A stretch of DNA of 63,685 nucleotides, counting the filler, from Barthelona sp. PAP020 (taxonomy: Eukaryota), in the NCBI GenBank assembly GCA_040182905.1. It is 13 parts of 13 records of this genome, joined end to end, with 100 filler letters (N's around TTAATTAATTAA, not from the genome) between each part and the next. Parts side by side here need not be neighbours in the genome. Positions count along the whole stretch, not along the records: positions 39,483 to 44,261 come from JARQWU010000648.1; positions 44,362 to 49,138 come from JARQWU010000649.1; positions 49,239 to 54,013 come from JARQWU010000650.1; 10 more parts are not named here. One strand, 5' to 3'. The notes under the pieces are model-generated. The model saw nothing but the letters and a program-made list of their open reading frames with translations, did not search any database and was not told the DNA's origin. Both the position numbers and the translations under genes were made by a program. Of the stretch, positions 42,340 to 53,687 are shown piece by piece; position 1 is the stretch's first letter, and the number at the start of each line of letters is the position of its first letter.

Positions 42340-42975
42340 ATGTTTGTAAATGTGCAATTGTATATATCGATAATAATTTGTTTAACAACAATTGGAACTT
42401 GTTCTGAATGTGCTTTAAGTAATGGTGCTTTACCGTCGAGTGGTTCATGTGCTGGTCCAATGGAAAGAGCTCAATTACGAGTTTTATTAACAAATAGTAC
42501 CAATTATCCATGTGGTTTAAATAAAATTAAATATTATCCAGATTCAGATACTTCTCTACCTGCTCAATGTGGAAAATGTACTCCGGGAACGTCATTTAAC
42601 GATAATTATCGAACATTTCAATGTAAAACTCACGAATATTGTAATGATAATGGTGAGTGTATTCCATTAACTCAAAGTCCTTTCTTTCTGAAAACTTGTC
42701 CCTATCAATCGAGTGGATTAACTGTTGATGGTACTTGTGGGCCTGGATTAAAGTGTGTGAAACATGCTTGTATACAATGTGATAATGGTGAAATCCATGG
42801 TTCTGGTGCTATGTGTGTGAATAATGAATGGACATTCAACAGTTGGAATAAAATATTGAGCAATCCTTTGCATCTGGCATTGATTTTTATTTCTGCAATG
42901 ACATTGATTTCCAGCATTCTTTTGATCACATTGAATAGAAAGGAAGTATTTCCAATTCATGGGCTAATAAAATAA
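42340..42975 (+). CDS. Cys-rich single-pass surface protein (signal peptide, Cys-rich ectodomain, C-terminal TM)
   Basis: Hydrophobic N-terminus from ATG 42340; many Cys (CGKCTPG, C...EYCNDNGEC, CGPGLKCVKHACIQC); C-terminal TM helix. Confidence 0.75.
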   Translation: MFVNVQLYISIIICLTTIGTCSECALSNGALPSSGSCAGPMERAQLRVLLTNSTNYPCGLNKIKYYPDSDTSLPAQCGKCTPGTSFNDNYRTFQCKTHEYCNDNGECIPLTQSPFFLKTCPYQSSGLTVDGTCGPGLKCVKHACIQCDNGEIHGSGAMCVNNEWTFNSWNKILSNPLHLALIFISAMTLISSILLITLNRKEVFPIHGLIK

Positions 42976-43424
42976 GAGTTTTTTTGGAAGAAAGTCAATT
43001 GTTTGTGAGATATATTTGAAATGGTATTCCTATGTTTTCATTTAATTTTGACTCTTTCTCATTTAAAATCGTCTAAAATACCATTCATTGTGTGTGTGAT
43101 TGTAGCTTGATTTGTAAATATGTAAATCTTTTTTTTTTAAGCCAAAAAATCTAGAAAACTTGCATAAATGTGTCCGAACGCCAAAAAGATTTTACATCAT
43201 GTTAAAAACTATTTAAGAAAACCTTCAAGTATTGCCTTTTCTTGTGAAAAACCCGTACTTTGCATTTAAAGAGGACAAAAGAAAATAATTGAATGAATTG
43301 TTTGCTATTTTCATCTATATATCATTTTTTATCAATAAACTGTGCCAAAATTTTTAAAATTTTGAAATTTAGCAGTCAAAAGAGGAAGCCTTGCTTTTAA
43401 CGTCAAATACATTGAGAATTTTTG

Positions 43425-43755
43425 GTTTATTTTGTTTATTTTTCCTTTATACGAAACTTTTTCCAAAACTTTCCAAACTTGAGAACCGGTGCCTCAGGTG
43501 ATTCTTAAGTAATAAACCTTTATCTTTCTTCATATCGGAGAGTCCAGCGTTCCTGTCAGGAACCTCTCAGTCTTAACTCTTTTATTTCACAGCCTGTCCA
43601 GCGGAGAGGGCTTTCCTGTGCGGTATGTGAAATTCTTTGGAGTACTGATTGTTCAAAAGAGCGCAAAGGCTCCCTTATTCTTGAAACTCATCTTAAAAGT
43701 ACATAGTTTCCTGTAGTTCACTTGTAAAAGGTCAAAAATTTTGGAGAAGTTGTGG
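43425..43755 (-). repeat. Repeat family B, copy 3
   Basis: Reverse complement aligns with 20900-21225; GTTCCTG.CAGGAAC hairpin at 43549-43563; CACAG/CTGTG stem at 43588-43620. Confidence 0.85.
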
Positions 43756-43813
43756 ATAAAATTTTGTATTTCAGGAAAAAAGGAAGAAATAGAAAATTCA
43801 ATTTGTTTTGGTA

Positions 43814-44118
43814 ATTTTCAAGCCAAGAAGCACTGTGCGTATGAGTGAATAAAAAAGAATGGGGTTTATTTGGTTGAAAGCTTTCGAGGTCCGATTGATC
43901 TGTTGAAAAACTTTAGATTTTCTAAGGTAAAGTTCAAACTTTAAAATTTTGCTTTTGGAAAAATACAAAAAAATAGGAATGAGGAATTTATCCGAAATTT
44001 TCACACTTGATGATTAAGATTCAATTGCAGCCACTCATTTTCTGTGGCTAAGATTTAAAGAAATGAGTTTTCTCTGATTACTTTTTCTTTGTAAATAAAT
44101 ATTGTTGTTTCACAATTT
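43814..44118 (+). repeat. Repeat family C, longest copy
   Basis: Starts CAAGCCAAGAAGCACTGTG, ends near GTTGTTTCACAA; homologous to 4455-4690 (minus) and 53380-53687. Confidence 0.75.
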
Positions 44119-44161
44119 GACCAAGATAATCGCCTGCTAAATTATTCTTTCTTCCAATTCA

Positions 44162-44261
44162 AATAATGTGGAAGTTCATGCTCAATGAACGGAATTTATT
44201 GGAGATATAAAGAGGTCATCAAATATCACTTCCTTTATTTTGTTGTTTCTTGACCATCTTT
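44162..44261 (+). repeat. Repeat family A, copy 3 (runs into contig end)
   Basis: AATAATGTGGAAGTTCATGCTCAATGAACGGAATTTATTGGAGA is identical to the start of copy 1. Confidence 0.9.
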
Positions 44262-44361
44262 NNNNNNNNNNNNNNNNNNNNNNNNNNNNNNNNNNNNNNN
44301 NNNNNTTAATTAATTAANNNNNNNNNNNNNNNNNNNNNNNNNNNNNNNNNNNNNNNNNNNN

Positions 44362-44474
44362 TGATCTGCACTTGTAAAACTTGTTGTGGATTCTTTCTTT
44401 ACAATGCAGTTCCAAATATTTGGACAACTATTGGGCATTGTCCTTTCTGTCATGAAGAGAAGAAACCTGAATGA
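44362..44474 (+). CDS. 3' fragment ending in a CxxC...CPFC zinc ribbon, possibly IFT122 C-terminus
   Basis: ICTCKTCCGFFLYNAVPNIWTTIGHCPFCHEEKKPE*; resembles the IFT122 terminal C..C...F...........G.CP.C. 5' end cut by linker. Confidence 0.4.
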
Positions 44475-44774
44475 CCTTTTCTTTTCTGTATAAATTTATT
44501 TGTTATCTTTTCTACCCATCATTTGTTTGTTTTGGAAACACTTCATTTTTCCTTAATAATTTCGTAAATTTTATTGTTCTGAAACACATTGAGGTCAAAA
44601 ATTTTTTTTTTTCATTTTTGCGAATCCAAACAAAATGTGGAGTTTTAATTTTTTCTATTTTGATAAAATTATTCAATTCTGGTGCCACAACGACACAACA
44701 CACTCTTGTCAAAAATATGTATTGATAAACTGTCAAATGATTTTTGGACTGAAAAAATTTTGTCTTTTTTTGTT

Positions 44775-45347
44775 ATGTCAACAATTAAAATTTCTGCAGA
44801 AGAACGAAAAAAAAGATTATTAGAAAAGAGAGAACAACGATTGCAAAAATTTAAAGATCATGGTCATTTATTTAATGAAGAAAATTTAACTGTATCAACA
44901 ATTACCAAAAAAGAACCAATTATTGAAAATACAGATAGAAGATTGTCCAAAACTGGTTTAGTTACTGAAAAAATAGCCAAAACTTCAGTTGATCGTCTAA
45001 TTTTTTGGTTAACAAAGGATAATGGAAATAAAAGAATTAAAAAACCCAATCCTTTTTCATACAATTATATTTTTGTTTTTTTTAGTATTTTTTGGTATGT
45101 TTTTACACATATTTTGAATCCTTCCTTCAAACTGAGAATTCATCCTTTTGTAGTTTATATTATTTTTAGACTAATTTCATTTGGTTTTCAATTATTTAAA
45201 AAAGGGATTAGTGCATTTGGAACACAAGCGAATCAAATGTACAATGAAATTTGCGTCATTCTTGTTGGTTACATCATGGTAACTATTTTTATTATTTTGC
45301 AGAAGGAAGATTTATTGTCCAATGCTGTAAAATTTAAAAAAATGTGA
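44775..45347 (+). CDS. GET2/CAML-like ER membrane protein (tentative)
   Basis: Basic N-terminal helix ISAEERKKRLLEKREQRLQK, disordered linker, three C-terminal TM helices. Likely start is ATG 44775. Confidence 0.5.
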   Translation: MSTIKISAEERKKRLLEKREQRLQKFKDHGHLFNEENLTVSTITKKEPIIENTDRRLSKTGLVTEKIAKTSVDRLIFWLTKDNGNKRIKKPNPFSYNYIFVFFSIFWYVFTHILNPSFKLRIHPFVVYIIFRLISFGFQLFKKGISAFGTQANQMYNEICVILVGYIMVTIFIILQKEDLLSNAVKFKKM

Positions 45348-45648
45348 ATAAATGTTATGGTTTTGATTTTTGTTTTTGTGAAATGTTTAACAAGAGAGAC
45401 ATTTCAAAAGTTCAAGCTTTGAAGTGATTGTAAATAAATTTGTTTTGTTTGTTGGGGAGACATTTGTCCTTAAAAACAAATTTAATATTTCAATAAAGCG
45501 TATCTCACCTAAACTCAAATTTTCTGATTCCTTTTCAGGATATACATGCAAAACAAGCTTTATTCATTCCTAATCTCTCTTTAAATTGTTTAAAAAAAAA
45601 AATCTTTAAAAAAAAAAAATTATACAAATTAAATAAAGTTTATTGACA

Positions 45649-46965
45649 TTATTGATTGTTCAATTGCTTTTTTAAATTAAGGATTTCCTCCTTCAAAGCA
45701 ATATTTTCTGCAATTAACTTTTCCACTATATTTAAATTTTGTTGCATTGAAATCAACAAAGTATTTTTCTCTATTTCCACATCTATTTCATTCTTCAATT
45801 GAGTTGATTCATCTGCCTCTAATGTATCCACTTCATCATCATGAACATCCTCAATTGCAAAAACTGGAACAATAAGTTCCGTTGAAGTCTCTGTATCGGC
45901 TTTAAGGGTGTAATCCTCGAGTTCCAGCTTTTTCTCCTTTGAATGATCATCATCATCACCAAAATTAAATATTTGAGATGGGTGAGGCATTTCACGTCTT
46001 GAGAACCAAACATCTTTTCTAGCTGGTTGATAAGGATGAATATTGAGATATTTAGTAAATTGAGATAATAAATGCTTTTGTAAATAAGTAGCATCTTTAG
46101 CCATAGAACGAATAAAACGAAATTCAAGAAGCTCTGAAGCAGTAGGTCGTTCTGAAGGTTGTTTTTTCAAACAAGCTGCAACAAAATCCCTAAAAGAACG
46201 GCTGGCTGTTTCACCTCCACATGTTTTTGCTTCAGGAGGTTTTCCATTCAAAATAGTTGTTAACACTTGCATTGCGGGCTCTCCAAATCTTGGTACTCTT
46301 CCTTCAGCTAATTCAAGTGCTGTCATACCCAAAGACCAAATATCTACTTTGGTATCATATCCTGCATTTCTATCAGCGACTTCAGGTGCCATCCAACAAG
46401 GGGTTCCAACAAATGTTGATCTTGTTTTTCTCTGCATACCATGTTCCAAAAGAGAAGCTGCAACACCAAAATCTGCAAGTTTAACTTCACCAGTCGCAGA
46501 TATCAAAATATTACCTGCTTTAATATCACGATGAATTAAAGAATTAGAATGCAAACATTCTAAACCCAATAATGCATACTTTAAAATAGTAGCAAGCAAA
46601 ACTTCATCCAAACCCGTTTGTGGGTAAAGTTTGCTCATGATTAAGTGAGAAGACCCAGATAACAATGGCATAACAAAAAAGGCATTATGTTCATGAGAAA
46701 AACAACAGTATTGAGAAACAATATTAGGATGTTTAAATCGTTGTACGGTTGATAATTCATGCTAAAAGATTAGTTAAGGTTTAAATGTCTTAAATACAGC
46801 AATTCTATTCATAGATGAATTGGTAGCTTCCAAATTCATGACTTTAACAGCAACATATTCGTTCTTTGAAGGGACATAAGCTTTGTAAACCTTAGAAGAT
46901 GCACCTTCACCAATTAAAGCAACAGGTGAATAACTATCAATGTCGGTTGGCCAATCGTCACTCAT
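45649..46965 (-). CDS. STE20-family Ser/Thr kinase (OSR1/SPAK/FRAY-like); exons 46965-46798 and 46761-45649
   Basis: Splicing joins IGEGASSKVYKA...VAVK to HELSTVQRFKHPNIV...HRDIKAGNIL..DFG...TFVGTPCWMAPEV; C-terminal coiled coil. Confidence 0.9.
46762..46797 (-). other. Spliceosomal intron, 36 nt (STE20 kinase)
   Basis: GTATTT...ACTAAT-CTTTTAG; in-frame TAA inside; removal restores kinase subdomains II-IV. Confidence 0.9.
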
Positions 46966-47346
46966 GTGAAACAAAAAAAATCACAGAATTTCAATGAACT
47001 TTCCTTTTTTTTTCCATGAATTGAATGGCATAATTTTCATCTGCATCATTCAAATAGTTTATTTATAAAAAAAAAAAACCCTTCAAAACTGAATGGAGTG
47101 AAGGAAGTTGAAATAATTAGAAAAGATCAGAAATTTGACGCATCAGGCACGTCTTAATGAACAAAAATAAAAACAATAAAGATAATTGACTTAAATATCA
47201 ACATTATATAATATTGAAAAAGACTTTTGAAAATATTAAATAAATAACATCTTATAAATGTGTGAAAAAAATACAGATATTTTTAATGACATTTATTAAA
47301 TTATAAAAGTGATCGAACAAATTCAACTTACAACTTTTTTTTCAAA

Positions 47347-48708
47347 ATGAAATTTGATGGCAGTCATTTTGAATTTATTACCGATGAGCACTTTAGAGTT
47401 TTAACTGCAGTTGAAATGGGAATGAAAAATCACGAAATAGTTCCTACTTCTTTAATCAACAGAATTGCAGGATTAAGAACTGGTGGAGTTAATGGATTAT
47501 TAAATGAATTATCCAAATATAAATTACTGTCCTTCAATTCGAAACCCTATGAAGGGTATACTTTGACTTATTTGGGATATGATTATTTAGTTGTTCGTAC
47601 TTTTACTAAGCAAGGATTAATTAAACGAGTTGATCAACAAATAGGTGTTGGAAAAGAAGCTGACATTTTTTTAGTTCATGGAAAAGATGATCAATTGATG
47701 GCTTTGAAATTTCATCGATTGGGAAGGGTCTCGTTTAGAGCAGTAAAAAGAAAAAGAGATTATTTAAGAAACAGAAATTCATCAAATTGGTTGTATGTTT
47801 CGAGACTTGCTGCTTTGAAGGAATATGCATATATGAAAGTTCTTTTTGACCATAGTTTTCCAGTTCCTGTACCATATGGACAAAATAGACATGCAATACT
47901 CATGGAATATATTGAGGGATACCCTTTGAACAATGTTGGTGAAATTGAAAACCCTGAAAAAGTTTATGGGGATTTAATGGGATTATTGGCAAGATTAGCT
48001 GAGCATGGATTGGTTCATGGGGACTTAAATGAATTTAACCTTATCATCAATATGAATGAAGAGGTAACAATGATTGACTTTCCTCAAATGCTTCCCATAG
48101 ATCATGTTGAAGCATTGGAAACATATGAACGTGATAGATTGGGTATTGTTCGATTTTTTGAAAAAAAATTGAGAGTTACCCTTCCGGATCATGGACCTGC
48201 TTTTCCTTCTTCATTAGCTTCCACATTAAATAAAGAAATCTATGATCAAGGAATAACTACAAGTGAATTACAAGAGTTGAACATCTACATTTCAAACTCA
48301 AAGAGATCAAAAGTATCAAGAACCAATGATGATGTTTTATTGATTCCTGAAATACATCAGGAACATATTAGTGACGCTATGGATGACGAAACAGGAGATG
48401 AAGACTGTGAAGAAGAAGATACTGATGATAACAATGTTGTTGATGGTGTTTTTGATGCAAAAAACAATGAAATTGAGAAGGATCAAGAACCAATTGATGA
48501 TGCTTCAAATTCAGATGCTGAAGTTGAAACTCTGATGAAAAATTCAGGAAATGAAAAACAGGCAGAGCAAATATCTAATGAGGCTTTCACATTTAAAAAT
48601 ATGTTGAAAAAGAAACAAAAGAGAAACAAAGAAAAGAATATGAGAAAATTAAACAAAAATTTTAACAAAGGTAAAAAGAAAGGTCAAAGAGAATTTGATT
48701 TATTGTGA
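47347..48708 (+). CDS. RIOK2: RIO2 atypical kinase (40S ribosome biogenesis)
   Basis: FRVLTAVEMGMKNHEIVP, GYTLTYLGYDYL, IGVGKEADI, KFHRLGRVSFR, HGDLNEFN, IDFPQM. Confidence 0.96.
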   Translation: MKFDGSHFEFITDEHFRVLTAVEMGMKNHEIVPTSLINRIAGLRTGGVNGLLNELSKYKLLSFNSKPYEGYTLTYLGYDYLVVRTFTKQGLIKRVDQQIGVGKEADIFLVHGKDDQLMALKFHRLGRVSFRAVKRKRDYLRNRNSSNWLYVSRLAALKEYAYMKVLFDHSFPVPVPYGQNRHAILMEYIEGYPLNNVGEIENPEKVYGDLMGLLARLAEHGLVHGDLNEFNLIINMNEEVTMIDFPQMLPIDHVEALETYERDRLGIVRFFEKKLRVTLPDHGPAFPSSLASTLNKEIYDQGITTSELQELNIYISNSKRSKVSRTNDDVLLIPEIHQEHISDAMDDETGDEDCEEEDTDDNNVVDGVFDAKNNEIEKDQEPIDDASNSDAEVETLMKNSGNEKQAEQISNEAFTFKNMLKKKQKRNKEKNMRKLNKNFNKGKKKGQREFDLL

Positions 48709-48939
48709 TTTTTCAATATTTTTGTTTTAAAAAAAATAAATTAGTCGGTTTTTTTGTTTGGTTTTTAAAAGAACAGAATTAAAAAAAAAAAAAATTAAAT
48801 TAAAAAAATACAATCTTTGCCATTCGTCAATAAAAGAAGAAAAATAGTGTATAACTGAATAAAAAGTAATTAAAATTGTTGATTTTTAAGGTATTTCTAA
48901 GCAAAGAAGCGCTGTGTGTACATGTTAACCAGAGGAATT

Positions 48940-49138
48940 GCTTTTATTAGATATTTATGAGGTATGAGTTGTTCAGTGAACAACGAAACGAGTTAGCTTA
49001 AGGTTTGGGGAAAACTCACGTAGATTCAGATGCCCAAGTAACTTAAAAAATTGGACCTAAAGATGGTCAAGAAACAACAAAATAAAGGAAGTGATATTTG
49101 ATGACCTCTTTATATCTCCAATAAATTCCGTTCATTGA
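48940..49138 (-). repeat. Repeat family A, copy 4 (inverted, runs into contig end), preceded by a diverged family C 5' fragment at about 48893-48939
   Basis: Reverse complement matches about 20318-20513; hairpin GTTGTTCAGTGAACAAC at 48968-48984. Confidence 0.9.
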
Positions 49139-49238
49139 NNNNNNNNNNNNNNNNNNNNNNNNNNNNNNNNNNNNNNNNNNNNTTAATTAATTAANNNNNN
49201 NNNNNNNNNNNNNNNNNNNNNNNNNNNNNNNNNNNNNN

Positions 49239-49331
49239 TCTAGATTCATAATCTCCAGCAATGGTATCAAATAAGTCTTCCTCAGAATCTGAGCCTGAAT
49301 CAGAATTGTACGATTCAAATGGTTGACTCAT
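49239..49331 (-). CDS. 5' fragment of an acidic protein, possibly MCM2 N-terminus
   Basis: MSQPFESYNSDSGSDSEEDLFDTIAGDYESR resembles MCM2 'EDLF.d.me.DY'; only 31 codons before the linker. Confidence 0.35.
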
Positions 49332-49542
49332 TTAAAGGACAAATAAATTCAAAAAATTAAAAGTGAAAAAAGAATTGAAAAAAAATGGTTGGTTAGAAAT
49401 TTATTTCCTTATTTAAGCTTGTTGTTTATAACATGTCAATAAAATTAAAATGTATAAAGATTAATTGGAACAATAATCTTTAAAACAAAAAAAAAAAAAT
49501 GAACAAAAAGATAAACAACTATTTATTAGCTTCAATGAAATT

Positions 49543-52500
49543 ATGGAACGATATCATTTGATTGAATTAGCTGGAGAAGGAAGTTTTGGAAAAGTATATA
49601 AAGCGAGGATTAAAGGAACTGCCAAAATAGTAGGATTAAAATTAATTCCTTTGAGTGGAAAATTACCTGAAGATATAAATAAATTAAGGAAAGAAGTAAC
49701 GATATTAGAATCATTGAAGCATCCAAATGTTATTAGATTATTTGAATGGTTTGAAACCAATACTCACATTGTAATGGTGATGGAATATGCACCTGGAAAT
49801 CTTTATGAATTTGTTAAACAAGATGGAACTTTACCCATTGAAGAAGTACGAATCATTGCAAGTGAGATTTTACTTGCCTTGAAATATTTACACACAAATA
49901 GAATAATACATCGAGATTTGAAGCCCCAAAACATTCTAATTGACCCTAAAGGACATATAAAGTTGGGAGATTTTGGATTTGCTCGTGATGTTGGTTATTC
50001 TACTGTTGCAGTATTTTCGATGAAAGGTACTCCATTATATATGGCACCTGAATTATTTCAACAAGAAGGATATGACTATTCTGCCGATTTATGGTCAGTG
50101 GGAGTGATCATTTATGAATTGTTTCATGGAAAACCACCATTATTTACAAAACAACTAGTTCAATTAGTTCAAATGATAGTAAACGAGACTATTAAATATC
50201 CTGAAAATATGCCGAATGATTGTAAAGATTTTGTAGAGAGACTTTTGCAAAAAGATGCTTCTAAGCGCATGAAATGGAATGAAATTGCTCAACATCCGTT
50301 TATCAGTGATTTATTTTATGTGGCCGATGATGTTGAAGTCACAAGTAAATATGAACACATTTTGAATCCTATAAATTGGGTTGAGGTTTTTAAATTAATA
50401 GATACTGAAAGTAAAAAGAGAAAAGCGATAATATATGAGTTATCACAAGAAAACATTTTGGTAAAAGAGATAACTACAATATTGAGTGTTAATGTTTTTA
50501 ATGAAACGAGTGTGATTGTTCTTGAATTTTTGATAAGAATGTTGAATTTTTTGAAAAGTTTTAAAAATATGAAACAGAGTTGTAATTTTTATTCTTGTGA
50601 TAGGAAGGATTCTCCTTTGTTACGATTGATTGTTCGATTAGCAAAAAATGATGCCTTGACTAAGGATAATGTATCTGTTTTGAAATGTTTAGCCATGATA
50701 TTAAATTATCAAGAAGAAAAAAATATAACTCGAGAGAATATTGAGGTTGATTTATTACAATCAATTGTTGAATTGATTCAAAAGAAGATTGTTGACCATA
50801 AGATCCCTGAAATTCAATTGGTTTTAATTCCTCTTTATAAAATTGTAGCAAGATACAAAGATTTGTTAGTATATCTGCAACCTTTGAATCCTTTATTAAC
50901 CACACATGAAATCATTAATTTTTCCAATTATATTTTAAATGTTAAAAATATAAAGAATGATAAGGAAATGATGTTTGATGAACATTCAATATTATTATAT
51001 CCTTTACCTTTAAAAGTTAGTAGCTTGTTAGATAAAACTGCAAGACAAAAATTATGGAAACAAAAAAATTTTCAACAATTATATGAATTTTTGCAAAGTT
51101 TTCAAAATTTGGATATTAAAAGATTAATAAGTATTTCTTTGAGTAAAGAAACCAGTTTATCAATGAAATTAAAAGCTTTGAAGTTTTTAGCAAGTGTTCA
51201 ATTCATTGCTAAAAATATATCAAATTATACTTACAGTTTTCATTCCAATTTTACTACACAATTAGAAGCTTTAATTCAAAATATTTATTCATTGTGTACA
51301 ACAGAACCAACAATGAATTGTCATATTTGTTGTTGCTCAAATTTATTCGAAATATTGTTAGAATTAATGAATGAAACTGCTGAAAATACCAACAGTAAAA
51401 TAAATATTTGTCCAAAATGTTCAAATGTTATCCAATTGATTGCCTATTCAAATCTTATTTTTCAATTGAGAGATTCTGTGGAAGGATATCAGTTGGGGGA
51501 AAACAATTCTATTTTAAGATTGATTGATCCTGAAGATTTTAACACCTTATTAAACATGTTTGAATTTATCAAACAATCTTCACACCCTTTGAAACCTTTA
51601 TTAGAATTGAGTGTTTTCAATGTTTTAGGTTGTGTACATGTTAATTATGAAATAAATGAGGAATTATTATCATCTGTATTGATCTCTTCTAGCATTTTAC
51701 AAAAGGATGCTATGAATGAAATGTTGAAATTAAATATGATCATTAATGGTGGTACTACATCATTTGGTATGTGTTTTCAGGGGTTTTACAATACCATTTT
51801 TAATTTTATCATATCTTCAAGATTAACAACATTTAAAACTTTTCAAAAATATCAAAAAACATTCTTTCAAATTTTCAAATGTTCAAATTTGAATAATTTT
51901 GAAGTTTTAAAGTTTTTAGATATATATTTCAATAATACAGATAATTTAATTGATGATGATTATATGTATATTGTATTGCATATCTTTAATGAAGATTTTA
52001 TCGAAAAGTCAATATTATATCCTCTATGTCATGTTGATACTGTTGAATTATTAATAACCATTCTGAGAAAGGTAAGTTTTTTGATATTGAATAGCTTCAA
52101 TCAAGTTTTGAGTGGCAACAATAATTCAGGAAATTATTTGAAACAAAATTTACAAAAGTTTCTTGAAAACTTTATCATTAAACATTTGTTGGATAGTGTT
52201 ACATTTTTGATTAAAAAGAATGTATATAATGGAAGTTTAGAACCATTTTTAAACATTTTGGATAATATTATTGGGATTATTACTAAATTATTGTTATCAC
52301 AAGGAAGAAATTTATTTTTGAAACAATTTGTTGAAACAAATGATTTACAAGAAGGATTATTTTGGATAATCATTGAAAATTTGGAATTTTTGGAAAATTC
52401 TAATAAAAATTTGGTTGTAAATGTTTTAGCATGTCTTTGTCAACTTGCTAGAGTTTCGAAAGAATATTATGGATTGTTAAATAACATATACATTATGGAA

Positions 52501-53106
52501 ATTGTACAAATTTGTTTGAATTCAACAAATTTATTGATTAAATCTAAAAGTTGTAGTCTAATTGGAAATTTATGTAAACATTCTGATGAGTTTTATGATA
52601 AATTAATTGAAAAGAATATTCCTTCCTTATTAATTAAGTGTTTAAATGAAAGAATTAACAATAAACAAAGTTTAGATCTTGTAAAATTAGCTGCTTATGC
52701 TATTGGAAACAGTTGCTTCTATTCAGATAAATTATACCCTTATTTTAATAACAATGAATGTATTTCAACATTAATTTCAATGTTAGAACAAAATGATAAA
52801 CGATTATTAACCAATGCAATTGGTGCTATCGGGAATTTAGTGAGAAACTCAAATTTACTAGTCAACGCTTTAGTAGAACATGATACCATTCAAAAATTGT
52901 TGAATGTTATTAATTTAAATTCAAAATTTGATGATAATGTGAAGAAAACAGCATTATTTTCTTTGGGAAACTTGGTTTTATACCCTCAATTAAAGTCTCA
53001 ATTCCATCAATTGAATGGGATAGAGATTGTTCAATCTTTGAGCAATAATGTTCAATTGAATGAAGGTGTTCAAAGGGTATTTATCAAATATAACACTTCT
53101 TTTTAG
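49543..53106 (+). CDS. STK36: Fused/STK36/TIO-family kinase with C-terminal ARM/HEAT repeats
   Basis: MERYHLIELAGEGSFGKVYK, HRDLKPQNIL, DFGFAR, SMKGTPLYMAPE, ADLWS; C-terminal ARM repeats (LIGNLCKHS..FY, AAYAIGN, NAIGAIGNLVRNS, ALFSLGN). Confidence 0.9.
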   Translation: MERYHLIELAGEGSFGKVYKARIKGTAKIVGLKLIPLSGKLPEDINKLRKEVTILESLKHPNVIRLFEWFETNTHIVMVMEYAPGNLYEFVKQDGTLPIEEVRIIASEILLALKYLHTNRIIHRDLKPQNILIDPKGHIKLGDFGFARDVGYSTVAVFSMKGTPLYMAPELFQQEGYDYSADLWSVGVIIYELFHGKPPLFTKQLVQLVQMIVNETIKYPENMPNDCKDFVERLLQKDASKRMKWNEIAQHPFISDLFYVADDVEVTSKYEHILNPINWVEVFKLIDTESKKRKAIIYELSQENILVKEITTILSVNVFNETSVIVLEFLIRMLNFLKSFKNMKQSCNFYSCDRKDSPLLRLIVRLAKNDALTKDNVSVLKCLAMILNYQEEKNITRENIEVDLLQSIVELIQKKIVDHKIPEIQLVLIPLYKIVARYKDLLVYLQPLNPLLTTHEIINFSNYILNVKNIKNDKEMMFDEHSILLYPLPLKVSSLLDKTARQKLWKQKNFQQLYEFLQSFQNLDIKRLISISLSKETSLSMKLKALKFLASVQFIAKNISNYTYSFHSNFTTQLEALIQNIYSLCTTEPTMNCHICCCSNLFEILLELMNETAENTNSKINICPKCSNVIQLIAYSNLIFQLRDSVEGYQLGENNSILRLIDPEDFNTLLNMFEFIKQSSHPLKPLLELSVFNVLGCVHVNYEINEELLSSVLISSSILQKDAMNEMLKLNMIINGGTTSFGMCFQGFYNTIFNFIISSRLTTFKTFQKYQKTFFQIFKCSNLNNFEVLKFLDIYFNNTDNLIDDDYMYIVLHIFNEDFIEKSILYPLCHVDTVELLITILRKVSFLILNSFNQVLSGNNNSGNYLKQNLQKFLENFIIKHLLDSVTFLIKKNVYNGSLEPFLNILDNIIGIITKLLLSQGRNLFLKQFVETNDLQEGLFWIIIENLEFLENSNKNLVVNVLACLCQLARVSKEYYGLLNNIYIMEIVQICLNSTNLLIKSKSCSLIGNLCKHSDEFYDKLIEKNIPSLLIKCLNERINNKQSLDLVKLAAYAIGNSCFYSDKLYPYFNNNECISTLISMLEQNDKRLLTNAIGAIGNLVRNSNLLVNALVEHDTIQKLLNVINLNSKFDDNVKKTALFSLGNLVLYPQLKSQFHQLNGIEIVQSLSNNVQLNEGVQRVFIKYNTSF

Positions 53107-53379
53107 TTTAAAGAGGTCATTTTTGTGTGTAAAAATGGTTAGCAAATTTTTTTTTAAATTTTTGATTTGACTTTTGACTTTTGGAGATTGTTCAAACTTT
53201 CAAAATTATTGAATTTTGAAAAGGCAAAAGTTCCCAAAGTTAAAACTCATTCTTTTTATTTCCTAAATTGTCCATGGCCTTGCTTTAAGTGTTCCTTGAG
53301 GGAAAATTGGTATTGTAGTGTTTTGAGAAAGGAACAAATTTGTTGGGAAAAGCAATTTGCGCATTTGATGTCAATTATT

Positions 53380-53687
53380 ATTTCCAAACAAAGAAGTACT
53401 GTGACTGTGTGTGATTTAGAAAGAGTCTTTATTTGGATCAAGTTTTTCAAGGCCCGACTATTTGGTTGAAATTTTAGAAGTTCTCTAAAGTGAAAATTAA
53501 AACTTTAAAATTTTAAATTTTGAAAAATTCAAATTGGCTGTGGAAAATTTTCCCAAATATTCATTCTTGGTCGTCAAAATTGAATTTCAGTCCCTTAATT
53601 CCCCTCACCGGAAGTTTCGGTTGAAATTTACTTTGGGTTTTCCATGCCCACTTTCTTCAAATAAATACAGTTGTTTCACAACTGAAC
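53380..53687 (+). repeat. Repeat family C, diverged copy
   Basis: AAAGAAGTACTGTG start, AAACTTTAAAATTTT, terminal hairpin CAGTTG-TTTCA-CAACTG (53668-53684). Confidence 0.6.

Noticed and set aside
44040..44062. U2 snRNA-like TGGCTAAGAT
   Set aside because: No following GTGTAGTA branch-pairing sequence; lies within repeat C.
48955..49010. Hammerhead ribozyme in repeat A (ATGAG-TTGTTC-AGT-GAACAA-C-GAAAC)
   Set aside because: Stem II and GAAAC fit, but the required CUGANGA core reads GGUAUGA in both copies covering it, and stems I and III are unconvincing.
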